The notes: a model not told the origin generated them from the letters alone. A stretch of 53,977 bases of DNA from Verrucomicrobiales bacterium (GCA_003506995.1 DNXB01000044.1:1-53977); one strand, 5' to 3'. Shown: positions 18,357-28,600, numbered from the stretch's first letter. Translations and numbers: made by a program.

Positions 18357-18638
18357 TTAAGTCAACTCAACCTTCAGCTTGCGTCCAAGTGCCAGCGCCG
18401 CCTTTTCGATGAGTTGCAGACTAATCGCCGAGTCATCTTTGGCAAAAAGCGTGTTCAAGGCGTCAAGGCTCGTGTTCATGCGGCCCGCCAGCTTGGCGCG
18501 AGAAATGCGGCGTTTCTTCATTTCCTGCTCGATCTGCCAGGTCACGACGCGCTTGTGCGCTGCAGCCTCGCATTCCGCGAGGATGCCTTCTTCCTTCAGA
18601 AAATCATCGAAGTCTGCGCCGATGTGCTTGGCGTTCAT
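18357..18638 (-). CDS. XRE-like HTH protein (orphan antitoxin type)
   Basis: HIGADFDDFLKEEG...ISRAKLAGRMNTS...SLQLIEKAALALG is typical of antitoxins paired with RelE/ParE-like toxins. Confidence 0.8.
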   Translation of the reverse strand: MNAKHIGADFDDFLKEEGILAECEAAAHKRVVTWQIEQEMKKRRISRAKLAGRMNTSLDALNTLFAKDDSAISLQLIEKAALALGRKLKVELT

Positions 18639-18652
18639 GAGTTGAGTTTTCC

Positions 18653-19867
18653 TCACTTCACCTTCACGACCACCATTTTCTCCGCATCGCGGGCGTAGAG
18701 CAGGCCGTTGGCGAATGCCGAGTGGCTGCGGTGGCCGGCGCGGGTGATCTGGCTGCTTCGCAGGAGTTGGAATTTTTCGGGCGTGGCCTGGATGATCCAA
18801 AGTTCGCCGGATTCGGTGTGCAGCAGCAGTTTGTCGCCGACGAGGATCAAGGTGCCGCCCTGGATGCGATCCGACGCTTCCCAGGCGACTTTGCCATCGG
18901 CCACGGCGATGCAGCGCAGCGTCATGCCGCTTTCCTGGCGGCCATGCAGGCCATAGACGTGGCCGTTGTGATAAACGGGCGTGGTGTAGTGACAGTCGAG
19001 CACGGCGGCTTTTTTCCACAGGTTGACCAGCTTGCGTTCCGTCTTGTTCCACTGCCACAAGGCGGCTCCAACATCGTAAGCGGCGGAAAAGAGCAGTTTG
19101 CCATCGCCACACGGCACGGGAGCGGCTGCGTTGACGGAGGCGTCGATCTCGGCGCGGAAGAATTCATCGGCGAGCACCTTGCCATCGCTGTTTTGCGTCA
19201 AGACGATGCCGCTGCGGGTGAAGAACGCGCTCACGCCGGTGTCTTCGGGAATCAGGATGGGCGATGAATAGCCCGCCTCATGATCGGTGGCCTGCCAGAC
19301 GGGCTTTCCGCTCTGCAAGTCGAGCGCGATGATGCCAGCGCCGCCTTTGCCACCCACGTTGAGCAGCACTTTGCCTTCGGTCACGAGCGGCGAGCAGGCG
19401 CGGCCAAAGTATCCCTGTGGGGATTCGAGTTCGGCGACGGTGTCGTAGCTCCACAGCAGCTTGCCTGACTCAAAATCAAGCGCCTGCACGATGCCCTCAG
19501 GCCCGTGGGTGATGACCTTGCCTTCGGCGATGCAGGGCACGGCACGCGGGCCGTTGTCCATGCCGAAGCTGTCGCGGTAACTGGCGGGATACGCCTGCCT
19601 CCAGATCGCTTTGCCATCGGTGGCATGGAGCGCCTCGGTGACCATGTCGGCTCCCTGGCGATGAAACACGATCACACGCCCCTTTGAGACCACCGGCCCG
19701 GCATGGCCGCTGCCGAGCTTGCGATTCCAAAGAATTTCCGGCTCAGAGCCGCCGGTGATGACGGCTTCATCCTGAGCGGTGGCGTCGCGTTGAGGGCCGA
19801 GAAATTGCGGCCAGACGCCTGCGTGAAGCGGAATGGATGCGCAGAGGAGAAATAGAAGCGGGCGCAT
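18653..19867 (-). CDS. PQQ-binding-like beta-propeller repeat protein
   Basis: Signal peptide, WPQFLGP, repeated A(L)D..GK..W units, GYSSP. Confidence 0.9.
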   Translation of the reverse strand: MRPLLFLLCASIPLHAGVWPQFLGPQRDATAQDEAVITGGSEPEILWNRKLGSGHAGPVVSKGRVIVFHRQGADMVTEALHATDGKAIWRQAYPASYRDSFGMDNGPRAVPCIAEGKVITHGPEGIVQALDFESGKLLWSYDTVAELESPQGYFGRACSPLVTEGKVLLNVGGKGGAGIIALDLQSGKPVWQATDHEAGYSSPILIPEDTGVSAFFTRSGIVLTQNSDGKVLADEFFRAEIDASVNAAAPVPCGDGKLLFSAAYDVGAALWQWNKTERKLVNLWKKAAVLDCHYTTPVYHNGHVYGLHGRQESGMTLRCIAVADGKVAWEASDRIQGGTLILVGDKLLLHTESGELWIIQATPEKFQLLRSSQITRAGHRSHSAFANGLLYARDAEKMVVVKVK

Positions 19868-19883
19868 GGGATCTGAAGGTGGA

Positions 19884-20894
19884 TCAACTGACAAGCGAGA
19901 GATTGGGATCGACATCCGCCTCCAGCGGCGAGGTGTGGCCGGTGTTGAAACGCTGCACGGCGGCGAAGGCGATCATGCCGGCATTGTCGGTGCAAAGATC
20001 AGGCCGCGCGAGCAGCAGTTGCAGACCCGCTTTGGCACAACGGGCGCTCAATGCCTCGCGCAGTCCGCAGTTGCAGCTCACGCCGCCGCTGACAGTCACC
20101 AGCGTCTCGCGGCTGCGCTTCGCGGCGAGCACGAGCTTTTCGACGAGCACCTCAATGATGGCCGCCTGCACGCTGGCGCAGACATCGGCGAGCGTCTGCT
20201 CGTTCTTCACATCGATCTTCGGCAGCTCATAAAGCACGGCGGTTTTCAGTCCGCTGAAGCTGAACTCCAGACTGGAGCCGTCCAGGAAGCTGCGGGGAAA
20301 GGTGAAGGCGCTCGGATCGCCGCGCTGGGCGAGTTGGTCGATCTCCGGGCCGCCAGGATAAGGCAGGCCGAGCATTTTTGCGACCTTGTCAAATGCCTCG
20401 CCCGCCGCATCATCGCGCGTACGTCCGAGCAATTCATAACGGCCCACGTCCTGCACGCGCACGAGCATCGTGTGGCCGCCGCTCACGATCAGCGCCACGC
20501 ACGGACGCACCGGGCCGTTTTCATTCATGAAAGGCGAGAGCAGGTGTCCCTCCATGTGATTCACCGCGAGAAAGGGTTTGTTTTCGGCGATGGCGAGCGC
20601 CTTGGCCATCGAGGTGCCGATGAGGAGGGAGCTGACAAGGCCGGGACCGCTGGTGGCGGCGAAAGCGGCCATGTCGCCGAGTTTCTTCCCTGCATCGGCC
20701 AAAACCTGCTCCACCAGCGGGCGCACATGCAGGATGTGATTGCGGGACGCCACCTCCGGCACCACGCCGCCATACTGGCGATGAATCTCGATCTGCGAGG
20801 CGATGCGGCTCGCGATCAGCCCGCCATCCAGGGTGCAGATCGCGACGGCGGTCTCATCGCAAGAAGATTCGAGGGCGAGCAGGCAGGGGGGCAT
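19884..20894 (-). CDS. tsaD: tRNA N6-adenosine threonylcarbamoyltransferase
   Basis: LESSCDET, YGGVVPEVASRNH, NHMEGH, VSGGHT, DDAAGEAFDK, FSFSGLKT, CTDNAGMI. Confidence 0.97.
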   Translation of the reverse strand: MPPCLLALESSCDETAVAICTLDGGLIASRIASQIEIHRQYGGVVPEVASRNHILHVRPLVEQVLADAGKKLGDMAAFAATSGPGLVSSLLIGTSMAKALAIAENKPFLAVNHMEGHLLSPFMNENGPVRPCVALIVSGGHTMLVRVQDVGRYELLGRTRDDAAGEAFDKVAKMLGLPYPGGPEIDQLAQRGDPSAFTFPRSFLDGSSLEFSFSGLKTAVLYELPKIDVKNEQTLADVCASVQAAIIEVLVEKLVLAAKRSRETLVTVSGGVSCNCGLREALSARCAKAGLQLLLARPDLCTDNAGMIAFAAVQRFNTGHTSPLEADVDPNLSLVS

Positions 20895-20954
20895 CGTGAA
20901 ATGAGGAATGACGAAGGGGAGGCATCAAGCAACGAGCATCTGCCATCCGGTGCC

Positions 20955-20998
20955 AAAAAAAAGCCGCCGTCCCCCGGTTGGGTGGGGAACGGCGGCGT
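20955..20998 (-). terminator. Rho-independent terminator after the small lipoprotein genes
   Basis: GCCGCCGT...ACGGCGGC stem next to an A7 tract (U-tract on the minus strand). Confidence 0.75.
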
Positions 20999-21018
20999 GG
21001 ATTCAGTTTCCTGTCAGA

Positions 21019-21171
21019 CTAGTGCTTGTGGCCTTCTTTGCAGCAGGCTTTGCTGTCTTTCGAGCAGCAGGCCTTGGCTTTGGAGTCGCACGTCGCACAA
21101 TCCTTCTTCGTGGCGCAGGATGCGAGAAGCATCGAGGACGCGGCGATCAGAACAGTGGCAAAACGGATCAT
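21019..21171 (-). CDS. 50-aa Cys/His-rich lipoprotein (metallothionein-like), not in the ORF track
   Basis: Manual translation: MIRFATVLIAASSMLLASCATKKDCATCDSKAKACCSKDSKACCKEGHKH*. LASC lipobox; followed by a terminator. Confidence 0.75.
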   Translation of the reverse strand: MIRFATVLIAASSMLLASCATKKDCATCDSKAKACCSKDSKACCKEGHKH

Positions 21172-21222
21172 GTTGGATCAGATGTCAGATTGGCAATGCA
21201 GCCGCTTTTGGCGGCCGATTGC

Positions 21223-21327
21223 TTACTTGCCGCTGTAAACCGGTGGTGGTGGTGGCGGCGGAGGGGTCTGCTGGCAGGAGCTGAGCACCGCAGCGGATGC
21301 GATGAGGGTGAGGATAGCGATTTTCAT
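21223..21327 (-). CDS. 34-aa poly-proline lipoprotein
   Basis: MKIAILTLIASAAVLSSCQQTPPPPPPPPVYSGK*. LSSC lipobox; AC-rich leader and lower-GC upstream region. Confidence 0.7.
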   Translation of the reverse strand: MKIAILTLIASAAVLSSCQQTPPPPPPPPVYSGK

Positions 21328-21517
21328 GTGTGTGGGTGTTAACCTGTTTGTTAAGCTTCCCATCCACCAGACTCCTGGCAGCGGGATTTTTGAGAGTAAC
21401 GACAACTTCTGTTTTTGCAAACAGCCAAATGCACCTACTGAACAAACTCTCAAGAATGACGCATGAGGAGCAAGAATTCGGCCGTTCCAGAATAGCCGGA
21501 ACGGCCAGAGAGGCGGT

Positions 21518-21715
21518 TCAACCGTAAGGTCCGCTCGCCCCCAGCCCGTAAGCCGTCCCGATGACCTCGCCGTCCGCCTCCTCAAAGAAGATCCGCAGCG
21601 GGCGGCAGCACACCTCGCAGTCGTAGTCCACATCACACGGCACCTCGTCAAACGACGGCGCGGGAACCTCAAATTCCTGAAAACAACTCGGACAGGCGAC
21701 AGGCGTGGTGTGCAT
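21518..21715 (-). CDS. CPXCG-motif cysteine-rich small protein (zinc-ribbon-like)
   Basis: CPSC and YDCEVCCRP motifs; 65 aa from ATG 21715. Confidence 0.8.
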   Translation of the reverse strand: MHTTPVACPSCFQEFEVPAPSFDEVPCDVDYDCEVCCRPLRIFFEEADGEVIGTAYGLGASGPYG

Positions 21716-21923
21716 CACTGAGGTGAAACGCCTCGGCACCGCCGACGCGCACATTTTTCTCGTTTCATGACGGTGCTTTCTGCGAGGCCAGGCGTGTGCA
21801 TTTCGCGCCCCGGCGAGGCACGCGGGCGGCAGATGCGGCGGCCATGAAGCGTGCCGCAAACGCGAAATCGCATTGCCCTCGGGAGCGGGATACGCTCTAA
21901 ATGGGCGCTTCCCAACCCGCCGC

Positions 21924-22832
21924 ATGTCCGAATCCGCCGCCGCAGCCCCGCCGACCACGCCCAGCAGGCGTCGCGTCTTTGCCTCCCGGCTTTTCAGTAC
22001 GCTGCTCCTGTGGTCGCTGCTCACGGTCGCTTTTCTGCAATGGCAGAACACCTGGCTGATCATCGCTGTCACCGGATTCTTCGGCGTGGCTGGCGCGGTC
22101 GAGTACTATCGCCTGCTGCGCAATGACCCGCATGCCCGCTCCTTCAACGCGCTCGGCTTCGTCATCTGCATCACCTACTGGGCCTCGGTGATCTGGTTCA
22201 CGACCACGCATCATGACGTGCCGCCCATGTGGCTCGATCTGGCGGCGCTCACCGCCAGCGTGCATGGTTCCTTCTTGCTATGCTACCGCCATCAGCTTGA
22301 GGGCGCGTTGACGCTGCAGCGCATCTTCAACACGGTGTTCGGCGTCGTTTACACCGTCATTTTCTTCGGCTTCATCGCCCGCCTGATGTACTTCCAGTCC
22401 GACGGCCAGGGCATCACCGGCATCTTTTTGGTGCTGTTCCTCGTCATGGTCACGAAATTCAGTGACATGGGTGCTTATGTGGTCGGCGTGCTGTTTGGGA
22501 AGCACAAGATGATCCCGCACATCAGCCCCGCGAAGTCGTGGGAAGGCCTCGTCGGTGCTTTCATCGGTTCCTTTGGTGCCGCAGCCCTCTTGTTGGCCAT
22601 CATGCCCGAAAAAATCGCCCCCATCACCTGGCTGCACGGCATGATCCTCGCCCCGGTGCTCTGCGCCACCGCCGTGACCGGCGATCTGGCCGAATCCGTG
22701 CTCAAACGCTGCGTCGCCATCAAGGACAGCGGCCACGCGCTGCCCGGCATCGGCGGCATCCTCGATCTCACTGACAGTCTGCTCTTCACTGCTCCGGTGT
22801 TCTATTTTTACCTCTCGGCCATCGCCCGATGA
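21924..22832 (+). CDS. cdsA: Phosphatidate cytidylyltransferase
   Basis: SDMGAY..G..FGKHK..P.ISPAKSWEG, GDLAES.LKR...IKDSG..LPG.GGILD..DS; lies upstream of dxr. Confidence 0.93.
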   Translation: MSESAAAAPPTTPSRRRVFASRLFSTLLLWSLLTVAFLQWQNTWLIIAVTGFFGVAGAVEYYRLLRNDPHARSFNALGFVICITYWASVIWFTTTHHDVPPMWLDLAALTASVHGSFLLCYRHQLEGALTLQRIFNTVFGVVYTVIFFGFIARLMYFQSDGQGITGIFLVLFLVMVTKFSDMGAYVVGVLFGKHKMIPHISPAKSWEGLVGAFIGSFGAAALLLAIMPEKIAPITWLHGMILAPVLCATAVTGDLAESVLKRCVAIKDSGHALPGIGGILDLTDSLLFTAPVFYFYLSAIAR

Positions 22833-22834
22833 AA

Positions 22835-22944
22835 AATGACGAAACCAGAATGAGGAATGACGAATCAAGTCCCAATGCCTAAAGTGTGGCTCGTTCTTCG
22901 GGCTTCGTCATTCATTCGTCATTCGCCATTCTGATTTCGACATT
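22835..22944. repeat. Empty inverted pair of heptad-repeat arms between cdsA and dxr
   Basis: + AATGACG AAACCAG AATGAGG AATGACG AATC AAGTCCC AATGCCT; - AATGTCG AAATCAG AATGGCG AATGACG AATG AATGACG AAGCCCG. Outer 31 bp complementary at 27 positions. Confidence 0.85.
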
Positions 22945-22954
22945 CCTTTTGCCG

Positions 22955-24112
22955 ATGCCCGCCGTCACCTCCACCGCCAATCGCCGCGTCCTCCTCCTCG
23001 GCTCCACCGGCTCCATCGGCACCAGCGCCCTCAAAGTCGCCCGCGACATCCCGGACCGCATGCAGATCGTCGGTCTGGCCGCGAACAGCAGCGTCGAGGC
23101 GCTCGTCGAGCAAGTCCGCGAGACCGGCGTGAAGCAGGTCGCGCTCACCGATGCCGCCGCTGCGGCCAAAGCGCGTGCGTTGCTGCCTGCGGATGTCGTT
23201 TTGCACATCGGAGCACAGGGCCTCGTCGATCTCGTCAACGAATCCGACGCCGACATGGTCCTCGTCGCCATCGTCGGCACCGCAGGACTCGCACCCGCCC
23301 TCGCTGCCATTGAGCGCGGAATGCATTTGGCCGTCGCCAGCAAAGAAATCCTCGTCATGGCCGGCGAGGCCGTCACCGAGGCCGCGAAGCGCAAGGGCGT
23401 GAACATCCTGCCCGTGGACAGCGAGCACAACGCCATCTTCCAGTGCCTCGAAGGCCATCGCCACAGCGATGTGCAGCGCATCCTGCTCACCGCCAGCGGC
23501 GGCCCCTTCCGCACGCTGCCAGCGGATCAATTGCCGAGCGTCACCGTCGCGCAGGCCTTGAAGCATCCCACCTGGACCATGGGCCGCAAGATCACCATCG
23601 ACAGCGCCACGCTGTTCAACAAAGGCCTCGAAATGATCGAGGCCAAGTGGCTGTTCGACGTGCCGATGGACAAGATCGAGGTCGTCGTGCATCCGCAAAG
23701 CATCGTTCACAGCATGGTCGAGTTCGCCGACAACAGCGTCATCGCCCAGCTCAGCCACAGCGACATGTGCTTCCCTATTCAGTACGCCGTCACCTGGCCC
23801 GACCGCGTCCCGAACAATTTGCAGCCGCTCAACTTCGACCAAGTCGGCGCCCTGCACTTCGAAGCCCCCCGCGTGGACGACTTCCCCGCCCTCAACCTCG
23901 CCCGCCACGCCGGCACCGTCGGCGGCACCCTCCCCGCCGTCCTCAACGCCGCCAACGAAGTCGCCGTCGATGCCTTTCTCAACGGCAAGATCAACTTCCC
24001 CGGCATCTGGCAGACCGTGGAGCGCGTCATGAACGCGCATCGAGTCATCGCGCATCCAAGTTTGGATGAATTGATCGACGCCGATGCGTGGGCGCGACGC
24101 GCAGCAAAGTAG
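22955..24112 (+). CDS. dxr: 1-deoxy-D-xylulose 5-phosphate reductoisomerase
   Basis: LGSTGSIG, ASKE, LPVDSEHNAIFQ, LTASGGPF, HPTWTMG.KITIDSATLFNKGLE, NAANEVAV. Confidence 0.97.
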   Translation: MPAVTSTANRRVLLLGSTGSIGTSALKVARDIPDRMQIVGLAANSSVEALVEQVRETGVKQVALTDAAAAAKARALLPADVVLHIGAQGLVDLVNESDADMVLVAIVGTAGLAPALAAIERGMHLAVASKEILVMAGEAVTEAAKRKGVNILPVDSEHNAIFQCLEGHRHSDVQRILLTASGGPFRTLPADQLPSVTVAQALKHPTWTMGRKITIDSATLFNKGLEMIEAKWLFDVPMDKIEVVVHPQSIVHSMVEFADNSVIAQLSHSDMCFPIQYAVTWPDRVPNNLQPLNFDQVGALHFEAPRVDDFPALNLARHAGTVGGTLPAVLNAANEVAVDAFLNGKINFPGIWQTVERVMNAHRVIAHPSLDELIDADAWARRAAK

Positions 24113-24231
24113 CCGTCATCGCTCCGCGTGACGAGCTTGGCGCTTTCTTCAACATTGAGGGTCTCGTTTTACGGAGATCAGCGGCTTCGACCATGCCCCA
24201 CGCTCATCTCGCGGAGCGAGATGTCCACTAT
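24109..24231. repeat. REP-like doublet downstream of dxr
   Basis: + GTAG-CCGTCATCGC-TCC-GCGTGACG (GTAG contains the dxr stop); - ATAG-TGGA-CATCTCGC-TCC-GCGAGATG. Confidence 0.65.
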
Positions 24232-24271
24232 GCTCGCGCAATTTCAGCCGCTGCGTCACGTTTCAGCGCAC

Positions 24272-24916
24272 ATGAAACCCGCCCGCCTCTTTCTCGCTGT
24301 TCTCGTCGCATCCAGCTTTGCCAATGCCGCTGACTTGCCTCCGCAACTCGGCACGTTGGGCGAAAAACTCCTCGAAGAGACCTTTGCCGGCCCCGAAGTG
24401 CCCAAAGGCTGGAACGCGAACACCGGCTCGCTGCGCGTTGTCGATGGCACCCTGCGCGCCGCCGAGAAATCCAGCGACATGCACATCGGCGCGTTTCGTT
24501 ACCGTCTGCCGATGCAGGATTGTGCCGTGCAGATCGACTTCAAGCTCGGCGACGCCCGTGTCATCAACCTCGGTTTCGATCCGACACCGGGTGAGTTGAA
24601 GAAAAAGGGCCACCTGCTCTCCGTCGTCATCAGCAAAACCGGCTGGAGCCTCATTGAGCACAACGACAAGGCCAATCCTGAAAGCAAAACGAAGACGCAC
24701 GCCAAGGCCGAGACGGCTTTCGATCCTGCCACGACCTACACGCTGCTGCTGGAGTGCAAAGGCGACAACGTTGTGGCCCAGATCACCGGCAAAGAGCCGC
24801 TCAAGGCCACCGCCCCCGATTTCCACGTCAAAAAGCCCGGCCTCGTCTTCCGCATGGGCGGCAAGGACGGCCAGGAGGTCGCCTTCGACAATGTGAAGGT
24901 GTGGGCTTTGAAGTGA
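24272..24916 (+). CDS. Secreted beta-sandwich protein (DUF1080 / concanavalin-A-like)
   Basis: Signal peptide MKPARLFLAVLVASSFANA; LLEETF...W...G...VVDG; C-terminal VAFDNVKVW. Confidence 0.7.
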   Translation: MKPARLFLAVLVASSFANAADLPPQLGTLGEKLLEETFAGPEVPKGWNANTGSLRVVDGTLRAAEKSSDMHIGAFRYRLPMQDCAVQIDFKLGDARVINLGFDPTPGELKKKGHLLSVVISKTGWSLIEHNDKANPESKTKTHAKAETAFDPATTYTLLLECKGDNVVAQITGKEPLKATAPDFHVKKPGLVFRMGGKDGQEVAFDNVKVWALK

Positions 24917-24978
24917 GGTGGCATCCTGAAGATTGACGTGCGTTCGATCTGAGGAAATAGTGCGCCAGCGGCGTACTC

Positions 24979-25249
24979 ATGATTCTTTTTCAAGAGCTTC
25001 CCACCTTCACCCGGGCAGGCAGCCGACCTGCTGCCCGACGATGAACTCTTCGCCCTCCAAGACCAGCTTCTCGAACATCCCGCCGCAGGAGACATCATCC
25101 CCGGCGGCAAACGTGGTGGCCTGCGCATCATTTATTTCTGGGTCACCCAGGCTGGGACGATCATCCTCTGCCGTGTTTATGCCAAGAATGAGCAGGAAGA
25201 CCTCGGGAAATCTGAAGTGCGCCAAATCCTCCAACAGCTTGATCCATGA
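24979..25249 (+). pseudogene. Disrupted RelE/HigB-2-like toxin
   Basis: MILFQELPTFTR, then one extra G in CCGGGCAG (about 25013-25015), then QAADLLPDDELFALQDQLLEHPAAGDIIPG-GKRGGLRIIYFW...VYAKNEQEDL. The usual GGLRKxRW segment is absent. Stop overlaps the antitoxin ATG. Confidence 0.8.
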
Positions 25250-25614
25250 AAACATCCGAGATTAACACCATCCATCGTGAAATCGCCGCCCTGCGCCGTG
25301 GTGCTTTGAAACCTGCGCGGGCCTGGAAAGTCGAGCGCCTGCCAGACGGAACAATCCGCCGCACGGCCCTGCATGAGACAAAAGCTCCTGCCACGAAAGC
25401 TCCGTCGGCGAAGAAACTGGCCGGAGAAGCCCGTGAAGCGCTCAAGATCACGCAGAAGGACTTCGCCACGCTGATCGGTGTCAGCGTTCGTACGTTGCAC
25501 CAATGGGAACAGGGACGGCGCAAGCCAACCGGAGCCGCCCTGGCGCTGCTGCGTATCGCCCGCAGCAGTCCTCGGGCCGTTTTGAAAGCATTGCACGGTG
25601 CCTCGGCGGCCTGA
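25246..25614 (+). CDS. XRE HTH antitoxin (HigA-2-like)
   Basis: REALKITQKDFATLIGVSVRTLHQWEQGRRKPTGAALALL. Confidence 0.9.
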   Translation: MKTSEINTIHREIAALRRGALKPARAWKVERLPDGTIRRTALHETKAPATKAPSAKKLAGEAREALKITQKDFATLIGVSVRTLHQWEQGRRKPTGAALALLRIARSSPRAVLKALHGASAA

Positions 25615-25699
25615 GAATAAAAGCCTTCCAAAATCTCTCCAAAAATCCCCTCGCTCCTTGCGGCGGCATGCTACTCTCAGGGCGAACCCATCGTTCGCC

Positions 25700-28600
25700 A
25701 TGAAAACCACATTCAGCTTCGCGCTGCTGCCAGCCATGACGCTGGCGTTTGTCTCCGCCGCCGCCATTTCCACCGCAGCCCCCACCAAGGGCCGTACCGA
25801 CACACAAACACCGCCGCCGCAGGCTCTCGAAGCCACCATCAGCATCAATCCGGCGGAGCTTGCGCCGGAATCGACCATCGAGGTCGTGTTTCCGACGCCG
25901 ATGATCGCCAAAGAGCGCATCGGCAAGACCGAGCAAACCTCCCCGCTCATCGTCACGCCGGAACTTACCGGCACGTTTGAGTGGACCAGCACGCGCAGCG
26001 GGCATTTTCATCTCACCCAAGCACCCAAATTTGCCAGCAGTTATGATTTCAAGCTGCGCAGCGGCCTGACTGATCTTGCGGGCAAGCCGCTTTCCACGGA
26101 GACGCTTGATTCCGTTCAAAGCGCTCAATTCCGCATCATTGATCAGCATCCTCGCTGGTTCGATGACGATGCGCAGAACCGCAGTCCGCGTTTCCTGTTC
26201 GAGTTCAATGATGGCGTCACGCCTGCCGAAGCGGCGAAACACATCAGCTTTGTGTCCGAGTCGTCACCAAAGCCCATCGCGGCCAAGGTGCGGCATGCCA
26301 CTGGCAAGGATTTCACCCGCTGGAGCGCCGAGGCGCAGCCGACCTGGGCGGAGGAAATTTCCAAGGCCAAGCCGGCCGTGACCGACGACGCGCCTCGTCT
26401 CAGCGCCATCGTGGTGGAGCCGGTGTCGCCGCTCTCCATCGGCAAATGGAAGCTCGCCATCGCGGAAACGCTCGGCAACGCGTCGGGGCAAAATCAGCTC
26501 GCCACCGGCGACGAGATCACGCTCGGTGAGATCAAGCCCTTCGCCGTCACCCATGTCAGCGCCCACACGCCGTTCGACAGCGACTACTACCTCGAAATCG
26601 ACTTCAACAAGCGCCTGCTGCCGCCTTCGGATGAAGAAATGAAACCTGAGGAGCAGGCCGCCTTCGCGAAAAAACTCGCGGTGCTCATTCACATCGACCC
26701 CATTCCTGCGGGCGAGACGAAAGCCGAGGTTTATCACCGCACGCTGCGCATCAGCGGCAAGTTCCCGCTCAATCAGCCGCAAACCGTCACCGTCGATCCC
26801 ACGATGACTTCCGGCGATGGCATGGCGCTCGGCGCTCCGGTGAAAAACAGCGTCACCTTCATCCCGAACCCGCCCTACGTCGCCGCACCAGCCTTCATCA
26901 ATGCCCAGCTTGCCAAAGGCGCTGCCAATTACGAGTTCAGCGCCGCGAACGTGAGCCAGGTGCGTGTGCGAGCCAAGCGTCTCAATGGCCCCGATCTGCT
27001 CAAGGCGCTGGATCTTTACAGCGCCTACCAAACCGCCTACTACGGCAATGAGAAGCAAAAGGCCGCTTATAAGACGCAGTCCATCGACGCCTATCCCGGC
27101 ACGCAGGTGTTTGACCGCAGTTTCCCGATCACCAAGCCGCTCGATCAAAGCGAGATCGTGAAACTCAACTGGCGCGAAGTGCTCGGCGATCAAACCGCCG
27201 CGCCACTGTTCATCGAGATCGAAGGCACAGCCGCCGCCGGACTCACGCAGAAGGGCGTCATCACACAGTCGCTCGTGCAGTTCACCGACATCGGCATCAT
27301 GCAAAAGAGCAACGGCAAGGAAACGATGGTCTTCGTCACCTCGCTCGAAACCGGCAAGCCCGTGCCCGGCGTGCGTCTCACGCTGGTCGATGCCGATCTG
27401 AAACTCGTCGGCTACGGCGACACCGACGCCAGCGGCATCGCCACCGCGCCTGGAGCCACGCCAGCCTTCGTGCTCGCCGAAAAGAACGGCGACTGCGCCG
27501 TCATCGAGTGCGGCAACAGCGGCATCGGCGTGCCTTACGACATTTTGCAGGCTTACGAAAGTGTGTGGCAGGCACAGCGGCGCACCTTTGTCTTCTCTGA
27601 CCGTCCGCTCTACAAACCGGGCGACACCGCGCACTTCAAAGCGCACACGCGTCTCCTCATCGGCGACGATTTGAGTCTCGACCAAGCGCCTGCCGAAGGC
27701 CGTCTGGTGATTCGCGATCCACGTTACCGCGTCGTGCTCGACAAACCGGTCACGTTTACTGCCAGCGGTGCCTGGGCGGATGACGTCGTGCTCCCCACTG
27801 GTCCTGCGGGCTGGTACGATCTCTCGATCAATCTCAAGTCTCCCAATCCCAACAGCCAGGGCGACGATGGCGGCAGCCTGACCTTCCGCATCGACGATTA
27901 CAAGCCGAACTCCTTCGAGGTGAAGCTCGACACGAAAGAGATCAAGTTTGAGCCAGATCGCATCCAGCTCCCGCTCAGCGCGAACTACTACATGGGCAAG
28001 GCGCTCTCTGTGGCGAAGGTGCAGTGGAGCGCGAGTTCCCAGCGCGATTACCAGCCGCCGGAGACCTACCGTCAGTATCATTTTGGTGAAGCGCCCGCGT
28101 GGTCGCACTATGCGCAGGATCGCGATGCCGATGGCGATTACGCCGGGCACCACAACAACGATGAGGAAGACGAGTGGTTCGTGAACGGCGACCTGTACCT
28201 CGCCGACGACGGCACCGCCACGCTCGAAATGCCGCAGCCCCCTGCGGATCGTGCCGCGCTGCCGCAGCGTGTGCGCGTGAACGCCGAAGTCACTGACATC
28301 AACGAGCAGACGATCAGCTCCGCCGCCGAGTTCGAAGTTCCCGGCGCGAATTTCCTGCTCGGTCTCAAAGGCCCCGACTATTTCGGCACCGCAGGCAAGG
28401 CGCTCCAGCTTGAAGTCGTCGCGATTGATTCCAAAGGCGCTCCCGCGTCCGGCAACGTGCATGTCGATGTCAAAGTCGAGCGCCAGGAGTATCACACGCT
28501 CAAGATCGCCACCGCAGGCGGCGGCAGCACGACGAAGGACCAGGTCATCCTGCGTGAAGAACTGAAACAGAGCCTCGATTTGAAGCCAGCGACCGCCGGT

